In this document: piece after piece, positions 44,285 through 53,624 of the stretch | Layout of the letters: each line of letters begins with the position of its first letter | Position numbering within the stretch: the stretch's first letter is position 1 | Origin: Candidatus Marinacidobacterales bacterium | GTDB lineage: Bacteria; Acidobacteriota; Vicinamibacteria; Marinacidobacterales; SMYC01 | NCBI GenBank assembly: GCA_965224085.1 | Contig: CBDCYI010000011.1 | Span: forward strand, 224,001-288,000 | Length of the DNA stretch: 64,000 nucleotides | Direction of reading: 5' to 3' | The notes under the pieces: model-generated | What the model saw: only the letters and a program-made list of their open reading frames with translations | Database searches by the model: none | Told to the model about the DNA's origin: nothing | Position numbers and translations under genes: made by a program

Positions 44285-44312
44285 TGGCTCGGCTCGAGTC
44301 TAGAGCCAGGTT

Positions 44313-44870
44313 TTGCCCATGGGACTCAACTTCGTTCGCAACTACCAGGTCTCCGGCGCTGCGAACAACATCGGAGCACAGATGCAAAAGGCGCGGGCCC
44401 AGGCGGTCAAGCTCAACACGCAGCGGGGCGTCTTGCTCAACTTCAACTACCCGCAGGCGGGCATGTATCAGTGGACGAGCCTAGACCCTAATCCGATGAC
44501 GAGCGCCTGGGACAGCAACGTTTATCCTGATTTCAACCCAAAAAACTACGTTGAAGGCGTAGCGGATTTCGGCGCCGTACCCGGAGAGCCCAACAACACC
44601 TTGAACCCGGACCCGGCCAACGGTGTGATGTCGCCGCATGGGGTTCCGACAGATCTTCCAGATGAGCTCTCGTTCGATGCGGGCGGCTCCAATGCTCTGC
44701 TCTTCCGATCCGATGGCTCCGTGCGGGCCGTCAACGCGGGCGGCGCCAGTGGCGCCGGAGCTCTCACGCCCGCCGGGCTCGACTGGCAGCTCACGGTCCG
44801 CGACCCACGAACCAATCTCACGCGTGTCATCACGATTACCCGAAACGGCCGCATCACGGTCCAGGAGTAG
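44313..44870 (+). pseudogene. FimT/GspH-like minor pilin lacking its N-terminal pilin helix
   Basis: AANNIGAQMQKARAQAVKLN, LLFRSDG, ITRNGRI; no G|FxLxE segment in frame. Confidence 0.7.
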
Positions 44871-44874
44871 ACCC

Positions 44875-45375
44875 ATGACCATGACGAGCACAACGAAACG
44901 AACCTCCAGCGAGAACGGGTTCTCACTCATCGAAGTGTTGATAGCGATCGTCATCCTGACGATCGGACTTCTGTCTCTCGCGCAGATGATGGTCCTATCC
45001 ACCAGAGCGAACAGCCTTTCCGGGCGCATGACGTCGTGCAGCGGCGTGGCGAAGGAACGGCTCGAGCGGCTCAAGGCTGTTCCGTTCTACTCGGACCCGG
45101 TCGCCAAACTGCGGAACCCGCTACTGGTCGCGGGCGGTGACGTGAACGTCACGGTGGCCAATTTCTCCCAGTTGTACGATTCCGATGGATTGCCGGCGGC
45201 GGGAGGGAACGCGCTCTTCGAGGTGAGATGGCAGATTCAAGACGTCGTGTCGCCCCATCCGATGGAGATGCTTCAGATCCAAACGCGTTGTCTGCCGGCG
45301 AACGGAAATTTGGATCAGTTCGCCACCATCGGCGACGCGGTGTTCACCACCTTCCGCACAGCCAATATCAGCTAG
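44875..45375 (+). CDS. pilV: PilV-like minor pilin
   Basis: ENG|FSLIEVLIAIVILTIGLLSL. Confidence 0.85.
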   Translation: MTMTSTTKRTSSENGFSLIEVLIAIVILTIGLLSLAQMMVLSTRANSLSGRMTSCSGVAKERLERLKAVPFYSDPVAKLRNPLLVAGGDVNVTVANFSQLYDSDGLPAAGGNALFEVRWQIQDVVSPHPMEMLQIQTRCLPANGNLDQFATIGDAVFTTFRTANIS

Positions 45376-45407
45376 CCGCTTTTTTCCAACGTCTCTATTT
45401 GCACCCG

Positions 45408-45560
45408 GGAATTCGTGGCGCGAACTGCGGATCACGCCGCGGTTCTGGGATCAAGCCGAGAACGTGGAACGGAAGCTCGGGCAGGTTCAACTCGCTCGTG
45501 CCGCAGCCCGGTAGGACAATCACTTTTGGGCTGACCCTCCTGTTGTAGCGGGGGAATTCC
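45408..45560 (+). ncRNA. Candidate structured RNA, family unassigned
   Basis: Closing stem GGAATTC/GAATTCC with several internal helices; G-U pairs favour the + strand. Confidence 0.4.
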
Positions 45561-45637
45561 ACTATTTTGGCCGTCTCGAAGGCAGAAGCGGCGCTCAACG
45601 GACGGTCGTCCCAATAACTTTGTAATGTGGTAAGTAC

Positions 45638-45829
45638 CATCAATGCTTTTACGTCGAGCTTTAGCTTGAGTTTTGCACTGCGCTTCAGCATCCAACTTCT
45701 GTATCAGAATCTTCCCGCGCTCGAAAAATCGACCTCGAGGACTTCAACGGTCTTACGATTGGCAATGTCATCGTGCGCAAGAAGAAGCTCGACACGGTCT
45801 TGAAGTTTTCTTTTGTGTTGACTTTGTGA
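45638..45829 (+). pseudogene. Outer-membrane barrel (DUF481-like) C-terminal fragment
   Basis: INAFTSSFSLSFALRFSIQLLYQNLPALE...KKKLDTVLKFSFVLTL*. Confidence 0.5.
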
Positions 45830-45954
45830 AAGGATGCCGGCGCGGTGCGTGCCGGCTGGGCGCCTTCAGGCGCAATCGCTGCTGGCGCCGCTCTCACTGA
45901 CACATGAAAGCTCTATTCCTCGCGACGCTACGAAGTAACGATGTTAAGTTGCGC

Positions 45955-47820
45955 ATGATCGAAAAACGCGTCGCACGAGCTGTTCTTGTCGCGACGAGCG
46001 CGTTCGTGCTGCTCGCGTCGGTGGCCGGCGCGCAAGCGCCGCGGCGATTTGGCGGCGAGTACGACGCGCTCGCGTCCGGCCAGCAACGCCTCATCGCCGA
46101 TTGGGTTTCGAGATTCAACGAGGTGACTGGGGTCGAGTCGGAGCCGGGGGCTTTTTACGACGAGCTCCTAAAGCTCTCCACGAAGACAACCTTCGACGCC
46201 GTGACCCATGCACTGATGGAGACAACGCTCACCGACGAAGCCGGCCTATCGCTCGGGACGGCTCTCGACCTGGTCGAAAGTCTCGAGACGGTCCGCGGGA
46301 AGGTCAAAGGTACCGGCGGGGATCGGCAATTTCGGATGTACTGCGTCTTGAAAGTGGATGCGTTAGAAACGCTCGAGAGAAGCCGCGAGTTCAAACGCGG
46401 GCCGGACAACACCGTTTTCCACAAGGGCTATCCCATCAATTACCGACAGCAGGGTGGTGTGCCCTCGATCCAGATCTCGATAGCGCGCAGCCGGCGCCGT
46501 GCGGATATCGACGTCGACTATCGCTCTTCTTCGTTTCCCTCGGCGCTGTTCAATGGACATTTGAGCTCGTCGAACTCCGATGTGCGGGCGGGCAATAACG
46601 ATGACCGCCACAACGGACGTTGGACCGGACTCGAGAACTGGTGGAGAGACATCTTCGGCATCCGGCTTGCGAGTGACTACGAAGACGCCGTCGCGAACGA
46701 GGCCCTCCAAATCCCTGATGTGCCTCGCGCGGGCAAGGAAACGATCGAGAACATGATGCACGATTTCATGAGCGCATGGCTTCTCGAGGGCAACATTGTC
46801 GAAGCGATGGGTTATGTTTCCGAGCGCGCCTACCCCTGCGTCGCGCTCGACGCTGGCGGCGACGTCGATTTGGGCATGGCACCGTTCACTCTCATGATGG
46901 GGATGGCGGCGGCCTCAGATGACTTTCGAGGGCGCGAGAGTCTCGACGGCTTGGTCGTGGGTATAAGGCTAGCCGACCCTGCGCTCAAGCTCGTGCGACA
47001 GCAACATCATGCGCAATTCGTCATTTATTCCGTACCGGACGACGCCGCGCTCGAGTTCGATTGTGCCAGCCGCCTGAAGCTCAACGAAGAGAACAACCGC
47101 GCGTCGCGGGAATACGGAAACTATTTCGGGTCCACGTTCTTCGTGAACACGTCTGACGGCATGGGGGAGACGGTCGTTCTGCTTTGGGCACGCGAGAACG
47201 ATTACTGGAAGATCGTGTCGTTCGAGTCTGAGCCCATGAAAGAAGATCGGATGGCAGGGCTGCACGAACCGCCGCCGATCGCCGTTTTCCGCATCGCGAC
47301 CCGTGGAGGATTCCGCGCCGCAGTTCATGATTTCATGACGAAGTGGTTCATCACAAAAGATTACGACGGTGCTTTCGACTACATGTCCAAAAGGGCGTAC
47401 TCGTGCTACAACCTCTACCGGGACGAAACCGTTCCGGAAGCGACATCGCTCGAAGAAGCGGGCCGCTACATTCGAGACAGTGTGAAGGAAACGGGTGAGC
47501 GCGTTGGTGCGAGGACGGAGCTAGCGTCGTTCCTCGCCGGTGTGGAGCCGAGTCACTCGGTCGTTCGTGTCATGACCCATCCGGATGAGGAGGCGTTTAC
47601 TCTCGTGGGCGTTCCAAACATCATCGCCGAGTGGGCCGACTGCGCCAGGCGGGATAGGGACGATTCGTTGCCGGATGAGATCCCACTCGACTACGGAGAA
47701 GCGTTCGGCGCGAATTTTCGATTCCGCACGCAAAGTGGTGAAGCGCCGGTATTTCGTACACTTTGGGTAGAAGAGGATGGCGAGTGGAGAATCATCTCAT
47801 TCGACATCGAAGACCCCTGA
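45955..47820 (+). CDS. Secreted hypothetical protein with a duplicated C-terminal domain
   Basis: Signal peptide; long ORF with GC-rich third codon positions; two HDFM..W...RAYxC...LW..E...W.I.SF repeats. Confidence 0.8.
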   Translation: MIEKRVARAVLVATSAFVLLASVAGAQAPRRFGGEYDALASGQQRLIADWVSRFNEVTGVESEPGAFYDELLKLSTKTTFDAVTHALMETTLTDEAGLSLGTALDLVESLETVRGKVKGTGGDRQFRMYCVLKVDALETLERSREFKRGPDNTVFHKGYPINYRQQGGVPSIQISIARSRRRADIDVDYRSSSFPSALFNGHLSSSNSDVRAGNNDDRHNGRWTGLENWWRDIFGIRLASDYEDAVANEALQIPDVPRAGKETIENMMHDFMSAWLLEGNIVEAMGYVSERAYPCVALDAGGDVDLGMAPFTLMMGMAAASDDFRGRESLDGLVVGIRLADPALKLVRQQHHAQFVIYSVPDDAALEFDCASRLKLNEENNRASREYGNYFGSTFFVNTSDGMGETVVLLWARENDYWKIVSFESEPMKEDRMAGLHEPPPIAVFRIATRGGFRAAVHDFMTKWFITKDYDGAFDYMSKRAYSCYNLYRDETVPEATSLEEAGRYIRDSVKETGERVGARTELASFLAGVEPSHSVVRVMTHPDEEAFTLVGVPNIIAEWADCARRDRDDSLPDEIPLDYGEAFGANFRFRTQSGEAPVFRTLWVEEDGEWRIISFDIEDP

Positions 47821-48044
47821 GATATTTCGCGCTGGCGCTACCTCTTGCTACGGACGCTGGGTAGTTTGTCGAGGATGGGCATTGTCCTATTCAGGGTTGA
47901 TGACCGCAGAGATCTCCTCTCGACGATTGCGTTGACGCTCGCGGAAATGCCTTGATGTGCGCGAAGAGTAACATGCGGCCTGGGACGTCCAAGCCGACCG
48001 TCGTCTTGCGGCGTGCGTACGCTTCCAGTAAGTTACGTCACAGC

Positions 48045-48713
48045 ATGGCGAAGCCTACTTTCATCCCATTGACTCAATACCAAGAGTTTCCTGTGGAAGA
48101 AATGCGCCGACGGACCCGCGCTTTTCACGAGCAGCTCTCGAAACGCCGCACCGTGCATGATTTCTCCGACCGTCCGGTGCCGCGGGACATCATCGACGAA
48201 TGTCTACTGAGCGCGGGGACGGCCCCGAGCGGAGCCAATCAGCAACCGTGGCACTTCGCCGTCGTCACCGATGCCACCATCAAGAGAAAGATCCGCGAAG
48301 CGGCCGAGGAAGAGGAGCGGGCGTTTTACAGTGGGCTGGCGCCCGACGAATGGCTCGAGGCGTTGTCCCATCTCGGCACCGACGAGCACAAACCGTTTCT
48401 GGAAAAAGCACCCTATCTCATCGTGGTCTTCGCCCAGAATTACGGTGTCAAACCGGATGGGAGCGCCTACAAGCACTACTACGTTTCGGAGTCCGTCGGG
48501 CTCGCGACCGGCATGCTCATCGTTGCGGTCCACAACGCGGGGCTCGTATCCTTGACCCATACACCGAGCCCTATGAACTTTCTGACCGAAGTCCTTCACC
48601 GGCCGTCTCACGAGCGGGCGTTTTTGATTCTTGTCGTCGGCTATCCGGTGGACGACGTCAAGGTTCCCAAGATCGAAAAGAAGACCCTCGAAGACATCGC
48701 GACGTTCTACTGA
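48045..48713 (+). CDS. Iodotyrosine deiodinase-like nitroreductase
   Basis: [49 protein letters not shown]. Confidence 0.88.
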   Translation: MAKPTFIPLTQYQEFPVEEMRRRTRAFHEQLSKRRTVHDFSDRPVPRDIIDECLLSAGTAPSGANQQPWHFAVVTDATIKRKIREAAEEEERAFYSGLAPDEWLEALSHLGTDEHKPFLEKAPYLIVVFAQNYGVKPDGSAYKHYYVSESVGLATGMLIVAVHNAGLVSLTHTPSPMNFLTEVLHRPSHERAFLILVVGYPVDDVKVPKIEKKTLEDIATFY

Positions 48714-48732
48714 CGCCGCGCGGAGCGACACG

Positions 48733-49276
48733 ATGGCCTGGATTCACATGATTCCCGAAGCCGAGGCGACTGGCCGGCTGAAAGAGCTCTACGAGAAATA
48801 CACCGAGCCTTGGGGCGGTGTGGACAACATTCTCAAGATACATTCCCTCAACCCGCGCTCGATGGACGCGCATTTTACGCTCTACGTGACAGGTGATGCG
48901 CGGCCGCTCCGATTTGACACGAGAGCAGCGGGAGATGATCGCGATCGTGTCTTCCGTGGTGAACCAGTGCCATTACTGAATCAAACACCACGGAGCGGGG
49001 CTCCGTAATCTCACCGAGGACGACGCGCTCGTCGCGAATCTCGTCGAGAACTGGCGCGACGCCGAGCTCTCCAACGCGGACCGCGCGATACTCGAATATT
49101 CTGAGAAGCTCACGCGTCGGCCGTGGGACATGGTGGAGCTGGATGTTCTCGCGCTGCGCGAAGCAGGCTTCAGCGACAGCGCGATCCTGGATATCAACCA
49201 GGTGACCAGCTATTACGCGTTCGCGAACCGTCTCGCCGACGGGCTCGGCATCGAGCTAGAATCGATTCACACGTAG
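48733..49276 (+). CDS. AhpD/CMD-like peroxidase-related selenoprotein (CxxU); +1 frameshift near 48891
   Basis: DNILKIHSLNP, REMIA.V..VNQCHY-TGA-IKHHG, KLT, LREAGFSD..ILDI, FANRLADGLG. Confidence 0.8.
48990..49006 (+). promoter_or_regulatory. Bacterial SECIS-like hairpin
   Basis: ACGGAGC-GGG-GCTCCGT starting 10 nt after the TGA at 48977-48979. Confidence 0.65.
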
Positions 49277-49281
49277 GGCTC

Positions 49282-50829
49282 TCAAAGCGAGCCGGAGTAG
49301 TTCTTCTTCAGTAAGTTGCGTTTCACTTTGCCGCTCCCGGTTTTTGGCAGTTCATCCACGAAGAAGACATAGCGGACGCGCTTGAAGCGCGCCGTGCGCT
49401 CCCCGGCAAAGTCGAGAAGCTCGCTCTCGGTGACGCTTCCGCCCACTCGGCGGACGACGGCGGCAGCGGGAAGCTCGCCCCATTGGTCGTCAGGGACCGC
49501 GAAAACCGCGCACTCGGAAACGTCGGGATGTTCGGAGAGCATGCCTTCGAGCTCGGCGGGATAGACGTTGATCCCTCCCGACAGAATACGCTCTTTCGTG
49601 CGACCGACGAGTGTCAGCATGCCTTCGTCATCTGCAAGAGCGAGGTCGCCCGTAAAGCCCCAACCGTCATCGGATTTGAAGTAAGCCCGAGTCTCCTCGG
49701 GCGCGTCGAGATAACCCTCCATCAACACGGGCCCTCGAACAGCGAGCTCGCCCACCTCACCCGGCAACGCGACGTCGCCTTTTTCCGTGAACACGCAATG
49801 CTCGATGCGAGGTCCGGGTTTTCCCACTGCCTGCGGATTCTTCCGGCGCTCCTCGGGATTTTGGCAGAGAAGATGTCCCGTTTCCGTCGAGCCGAGCGCC
49901 TGTACGAACGTCACGTTGGGGAGCGCGGCTTCCGCGCGCTCGAGAAGTTCCTGCGACGCGGGTGCGCCTCCGTAAACGACTTTCCGAAGCCCGTCGAGCC
50001 CGTCGAGCCCGTCGAGCCCGTCGAGCCCGTAGAGATTGAGCCCTTCCAGGAGCATGGCGATTTGAGACGGCACCATGAATGCTCCTGTAATGCCCTTTGC
50101 CGCGACTTGCGCGATCAGCTCCTTTGGGCTCCAACCTCGCAAGAAGATGCACGTGGCGCCCGCGAGAAGTGCTGGTTGGAACCACGTGAAGATGCCCGCC
50201 GCATGGCACAGCGGTGTGGTCACAGCGAGGATGTCCTCTGGGTGAAGCGGGATGTCTTCGACGGCCGCGACGGCGGAGAGGATGCGCGACCGGTGGCTTA
50301 ACACGACGCCTTTAGGGTGACCCGTCGTGCCGCTCGTATATTGGATACAGAACGGATCCTCGGGCCGGATGGTCCGCGCAACGGGGTTATCCGGCTGTCC
50401 TCGAAAGAACGCGTCGAAGTCGGAAGCGTCGATCAGATGCGGTGCCACCCCGAGCTCGTCGAACGTCGCCTCAGCCGTCGGCTTCGTCTTGGTATCGACG
50501 ATCCAAGCTTCGGCCCCGGTTTGGCGGCACACATAAGCGAGCTCGGAAAGGGTGTAGCGGGGGGACACGTGGACCGACACACAGCCCGAGCGGGCGGCGC
50601 CGTAGAAGCCGACGGCGTAGGCGGGCGAGTTGGACAGCATGAAGCCGATCTTCGCTCCCGGTGCGAGGCGCTCGGCGAGCGCGTGGGCGCATTGCTGCGT
50701 CATGCGGTCGAGCTCCGCGTAGCTCACACTCTCGTCGTCGAACACGATCGAGGCGCGTTCGGGGCTGCGCTCGGCCGAGCGGCGGATGATGTCGCCCGTG
50801 ACTCCGGTGGCTGCTGAATCGGCGAGCAT
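49282..50829 (-). CDS. Class I adenylate-forming enzyme (acyl-CoA synthetase)
   Basis: YTSGTTGHPKG, GSTET, TGDL, GRTKE, LPKTGSGKV. Confidence 0.92.
   Translation of the reverse strand: MLADSAATGVTGDIIRRSAERSPERASIVFDDESVSYAELDRMTQQCAHALAERLAPGAKIGFMLSNSPAYAVGFYGAARSGCVSVHVSPRYTLSELAYVCRQTGAEAWIVDTKTKPTAEATFDELGVAPHLIDASDFDAFFRGQPDNPVARTIRPEDPFCIQYTSGTTGHPKGVVLSHRSRILSAVAAVEDIPLHPEDILAVTTPLCHAAGIFTWFQPALLAGATCIFLRGWSPKELIAQVAAKGITGAFMVPSQIAMLLEGLNLYGLDGLDGLDGLDGLRKVVYGGAPASQELLERAEAALPNVTFVQALGSTETGHLLCQNPEERRKNPQAVGKPGPRIEHCVFTEKGDVALPGEVGELAVRGPVLMEGYLDAPEETRAYFKSDDGWGFTGDLALADDEGMLTLVGRTKERILSGGINVYPAELEGMLSEHPDVSECAVFAVPDDQWGELPAAAVVRRVGGSVTESELLDFAGERTARFKRVRYVFFVDELPKTGSGKVKRNLLKKNYSGSL
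49988..50030. repeat. In-frame 9-bp tandem repeat, about 5 copies
   Basis: (AGCCCGTCG)n encoding YGLDGLDGLDGLDGL. Confidence 0.9.
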
Positions 50830-50878
50830 TGTCGACGTGCATTCTATACTCGATTCGTTTGCGAGCCGCGACGCGACG

Positions 50879-50887
50879 TGCTAGCCT
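50879..50887 (+). promoter_or_regulatory. Extended -10 promoter for a leaderless transcript
   Basis: TGcTAGCCT, 6 nt before the ATG at 50894; no SD. Confidence 0.6.
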
Positions 50888-50893
50888 GATACC

Positions 50894-50974
50894 ATGAGTT
50901 CGACCCACGGTTTCATGCCGATCGCTTGTCCCTGTTGCTGTTGTCGCAGGGGAGCGCGCGGCCTCTCGGTCTGA
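50894..50974 (+). CDS. Poly-cysteine leader peptide (26 aa)
   Basis: MSSTHGFMPIACPCCCCRRGARGLSV*. Confidence 0.75.
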   Translation: MSSTHGFMPIACPCCCCRRGARGLSV

Positions 50975-51043
50975 GTGTTTCCCCCCTCTCGCTAGTCGCG
51001 ACGCTCCCCAATATCTGTCGAGGATAGAACTATTTGCAGGAGC
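50949..51043 (+). promoter_or_regulatory. Alternative-hairpin translational attenuator
   Basis: CGCTCCCC (51002-51009) can pair with GGGGAGCG (50949-50956) or with the SD GGAGC (51039-51043). Confidence 0.65.
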
Positions 51044-51052
51044 AGTACGGCT

Positions 51053-52015
51053 ATGTCACGGATCTACATCATTCACGAGAACGACGATTGGACCGCCCCC
51101 TTGCGGGCCGAGCTGAACCGACGCGCGCTTCCTTTCGAGGAGTGGTTTCTCGATCGGGGAACGATCGATCTCTCCTCGGCACCGCCCGACGGAGTTTTCT
51201 ACAACCGCATGAGCGCCTCGTCCCACACGCGCGGCCATCGTTTCGCGGCGGAGCACACGGCCGCGGTGCTCGCTTGGCTTGAGCGCCACGACAGAGTCGT
51301 GGTCAATGACTCCCGGGCGATGCAGCTCGAGATCAGCAAAGCGGCGCAATACGCTGCGCTCGCGAGCTATGGCATCCGAACCCCCAAGACCATTGCCGCG
51401 ATTGGGCGGGAGGAAATCCTCGAAGCGGCGTGCGGCTTCGATCGGCCGTTCATCACCAAACACAACCGAGGCGGTAAAGGCCTCGGCGTTCGGCTGTTCA
51501 GGAGCCTAGAAGCGCTCCGGAGCTACGTGGAGAGCGACGTGTTCGAAGAGCCGCTCGACGGGATCACGCTGATCCAGAAATACATCGAAGCGCCCGACGC
51601 CTCCATCACCCGTTGCGAGTTCGTGGGCGGGAAGTTTCTATACGCGGTCCGCGTCGACACGTCCCAAGGTTTCGAGCTCTGCCCCGCCGACGAATGCCAA
51701 ACGGGAGACGAGCTCTGCCCAGCGACCGTGAGCGAGCGACCTCGGTTCGAGATCCGGCGCGGATTCGACAACGACCTCCTCGGTCCCTTTGCACAGTTTC
51801 TCGCCGGCAACGGCATAAAGATCGCTGCCATCGAGTTCATCGAGGACCGAGACGGCAACGCCTATGCCTATGACGTCAACGTCAACACGAACTACAACGC
51901 CGATGCGGAGCGCCGCGCCGGCCTATCAGGCATGGGCGCGGTCGCGAGCTATCTCGGCGCCGAGCTTCAGAGGCGCTACCAGAACGTCCTCGAGGCGGTC
52001 TGCGCTTCGCCGTAA
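51053..52015 (+). CDS. RimK/glutathione synthase-like ATP-grasp ligase
   Basis: NRMSASSHTRGH, ITKHNRGGKGLGV, LIQKYI, GFELCPAD, YDVNVNTNYN. Confidence 0.88.
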   Translation: MSRIYIIHENDDWTAPLRAELNRRALPFEEWFLDRGTIDLSSAPPDGVFYNRMSASSHTRGHRFAAEHTAAVLAWLERHDRVVVNDSRAMQLEISKAAQYAALASYGIRTPKTIAAIGREEILEAACGFDRPFITKHNRGGKGLGVRLFRSLEALRSYVESDVFEEPLDGITLIQKYIEAPDASITRCEFVGGKFLYAVRVDTSQGFELCPADECQTGDELCPATVSERPRFEIRRGFDNDLLGPFAQFLAGNGIKIAAIEFIEDRDGNAYAYDVNVNTNYNADAERRAGLSGMGAVASYLGAELQRRYQNVLEAVCASP

Positions 52016-52185
52016 CGGGGATCAACCTCCAAAATCTCTTGAATGTGACCCTCCCAGGCCGAGCGGTCCGTACTCCCGCTGCGCCTCGAACGCCGAGGGT
52101 GTCGGCGACCATGTCCATTGTGGATGTCGAGTCCCTTCTTCACGCCGCCGCCGAGGGGCATCATCACGCGATGTCGTAACGCGAA

Positions 52186-52782
52186 TCATTCGACGCCGGG
52201 AATGGGGAGATGCGCGGGTCCGATGAGGACCGCGTTGATGAAGAGAAGCACCGTTGACGGGTTATACGCGCGGTAACTCGGATCGATGAGCACGATGGAC
52301 TCCCCAAGATCTGCTCGACGCCGTTGTCTTTCTCCGCGGCGAGCAGTGGTAGGCCTCCGCGAGCGCCGCGTCGCTCGACGACAGCTCGTCGCCATGGACG
52401 GAGTGCAAGAACCACGATGTTACGAGGAGCGTCCGGACGAGCTCTTCGGCTTCAGATTCGGAGAGCGATCGCGGGTCGGCAAAGCGGCGCAAGTTCGCCT
52501 GGACGGCGTGCGCGATGCGCTCGGGGCTCGCGATGACGAGCACATAGAGCGCACGCCCTTCCCAGCTCTCACCGTACGCGATGAGCTTCGTGCGCTCGGG
52601 TGCGGCTGAGCCAATGCGTGCAAGTAGCGCACGATTTGCGCGTGATCGCTGAGCTCTTCCCCGAAGTCGTGTCCGGCGACAGCTTCGAGGCTGGGGATGC
52701 CCCGGTCGTAATCCGTGCCTGGCGCAATCTCCGGCCTCGCGCTTTGCAGCGCGAGCCCAAATAAGAGAACGGCTCAGGTCAT
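52186..52782 (-). pseudogene. M14 zinc carboxypeptidase, collapsed and frameshifted
   Basis: YGESWEGRAL, SVHGDELSSSDAAL and IVLIDP joined to SYRAY...LLFINAVLIGPAH; TGA at codon 3. Confidence 0.75.
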
Positions 52783-53588
52783 TTGTCGGAGGCGTTTTTT
52801 GCGTGCCGCATCCGCTCGCCGGTTCCGGCGCGCTGCAGCATCACGATCTCGGCAAGAATGCTGACCGCGATCTCCTCGGGGGTCTCGGCATTGAGCTCGA
52901 GCCCCATCGGAGAGACGACGCGCGCGACATTTTCGTCCGAGACGCCCGCGGCGCGCAGCTTTTCGACACAGACTTCCCAGCGGCGCCGTGAGCCGATAAC
53001 GCCGATATACGCCGCGGAGGTCGAGAGAAGGGCCGGGAGCCCTTCGAGATCCACCGGGACCGCGCGCGTGGTGAGCAGCACGAAAGTATCGCCATCGATG
53101 GACGTACGCTCCGGAAGCTCCGAAAGCTTGCACTCGATGTACTCGTCCGCGTCGGGCACGGCCTGTGGGCACGCGAAGTCAGGGCGGTCGTCGGAGACGA
53201 CAACGCGAAAGCCGAGCCAGCCCGCGAGATGGGCGACGGCTTTGCCGACGTGGCCGCCGCCGACGATAACCATTTTCGATCGTGGTTTTACAGGTTCCAC
53301 GTAGACCTCCACCTCTCCGCCGCAAACCCCGACATCGCCTTTTTGGATGTCCCGGAACGCATAAGAGAGAATGCGCGTCTTTCCGTCCGCGATGGCAGCG
53401 AGAGACTCGCGGATGACGCGGCCTTCCATATCGCCGCCGCCAATCGTGCCTTCGATGCGGCCGTCACCGAAGACGACCATCTTGCTGCCGTCATGGCGCG
53501 GTACCGATCCTTGCGCTCGGATTACGGTAGCGACGGCGAACGCCCCACCTTCGCGTACGAGCTCAGCGAGTTTCGCGTAAATCGACAC
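52779..53588 (-). CDS. xdhC: XdhC/CoxI family molybdenum cofactor maturation protein
   Basis: GSVPRH, GTIGGG, CGG, GGGHVG, YIGVIGSRR, PMGL..AETPEEIAVSI. Confidence 0.92.
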   Translation of the reverse strand: MSIYAKLAELVREGGAFAVATVIRAQGSVPRHDGSKMVVFGDGRIEGTIGGGDMEGRVIRESLAAIADGKTRILSYAFRDIQKGDVGVCGGEVEVYVEPVKPRSKMVIVGGGHVGKAVAHLAGWLGFRVVVSDDRPDFACPQAVPDADEYIECKLSELPERTSIDGDTFVLLTTRAVPVDLEGLPALLSTSAAYIGVIGSRRRWEVCVEKLRAAGVSDENVARVVSPMGLELNAETPEEIAVSILAEIVMLQRAGTGERMRHAKNASDK

Positions 53589-53624
53589 GGTGAAGACGCA
53601 TTCTATAGGACACGGCCGCGAATC

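Noticed and set aside
45408-45560. Identification as 6S, SRP, tmRNA, tRNA or c-di-AMP riboswitch
   Set aside because: Only fragments match (GGTTCAA, CCCGGTAGG). The SRP GGAA/AGCAG core, a paired T-arm and the 6S rod are absent.
47833-47849. sigma54-like TGGCGCTACCTCTTGCT
   Set aside because: GG to GC spacing is 11 nt rather than the required 10.
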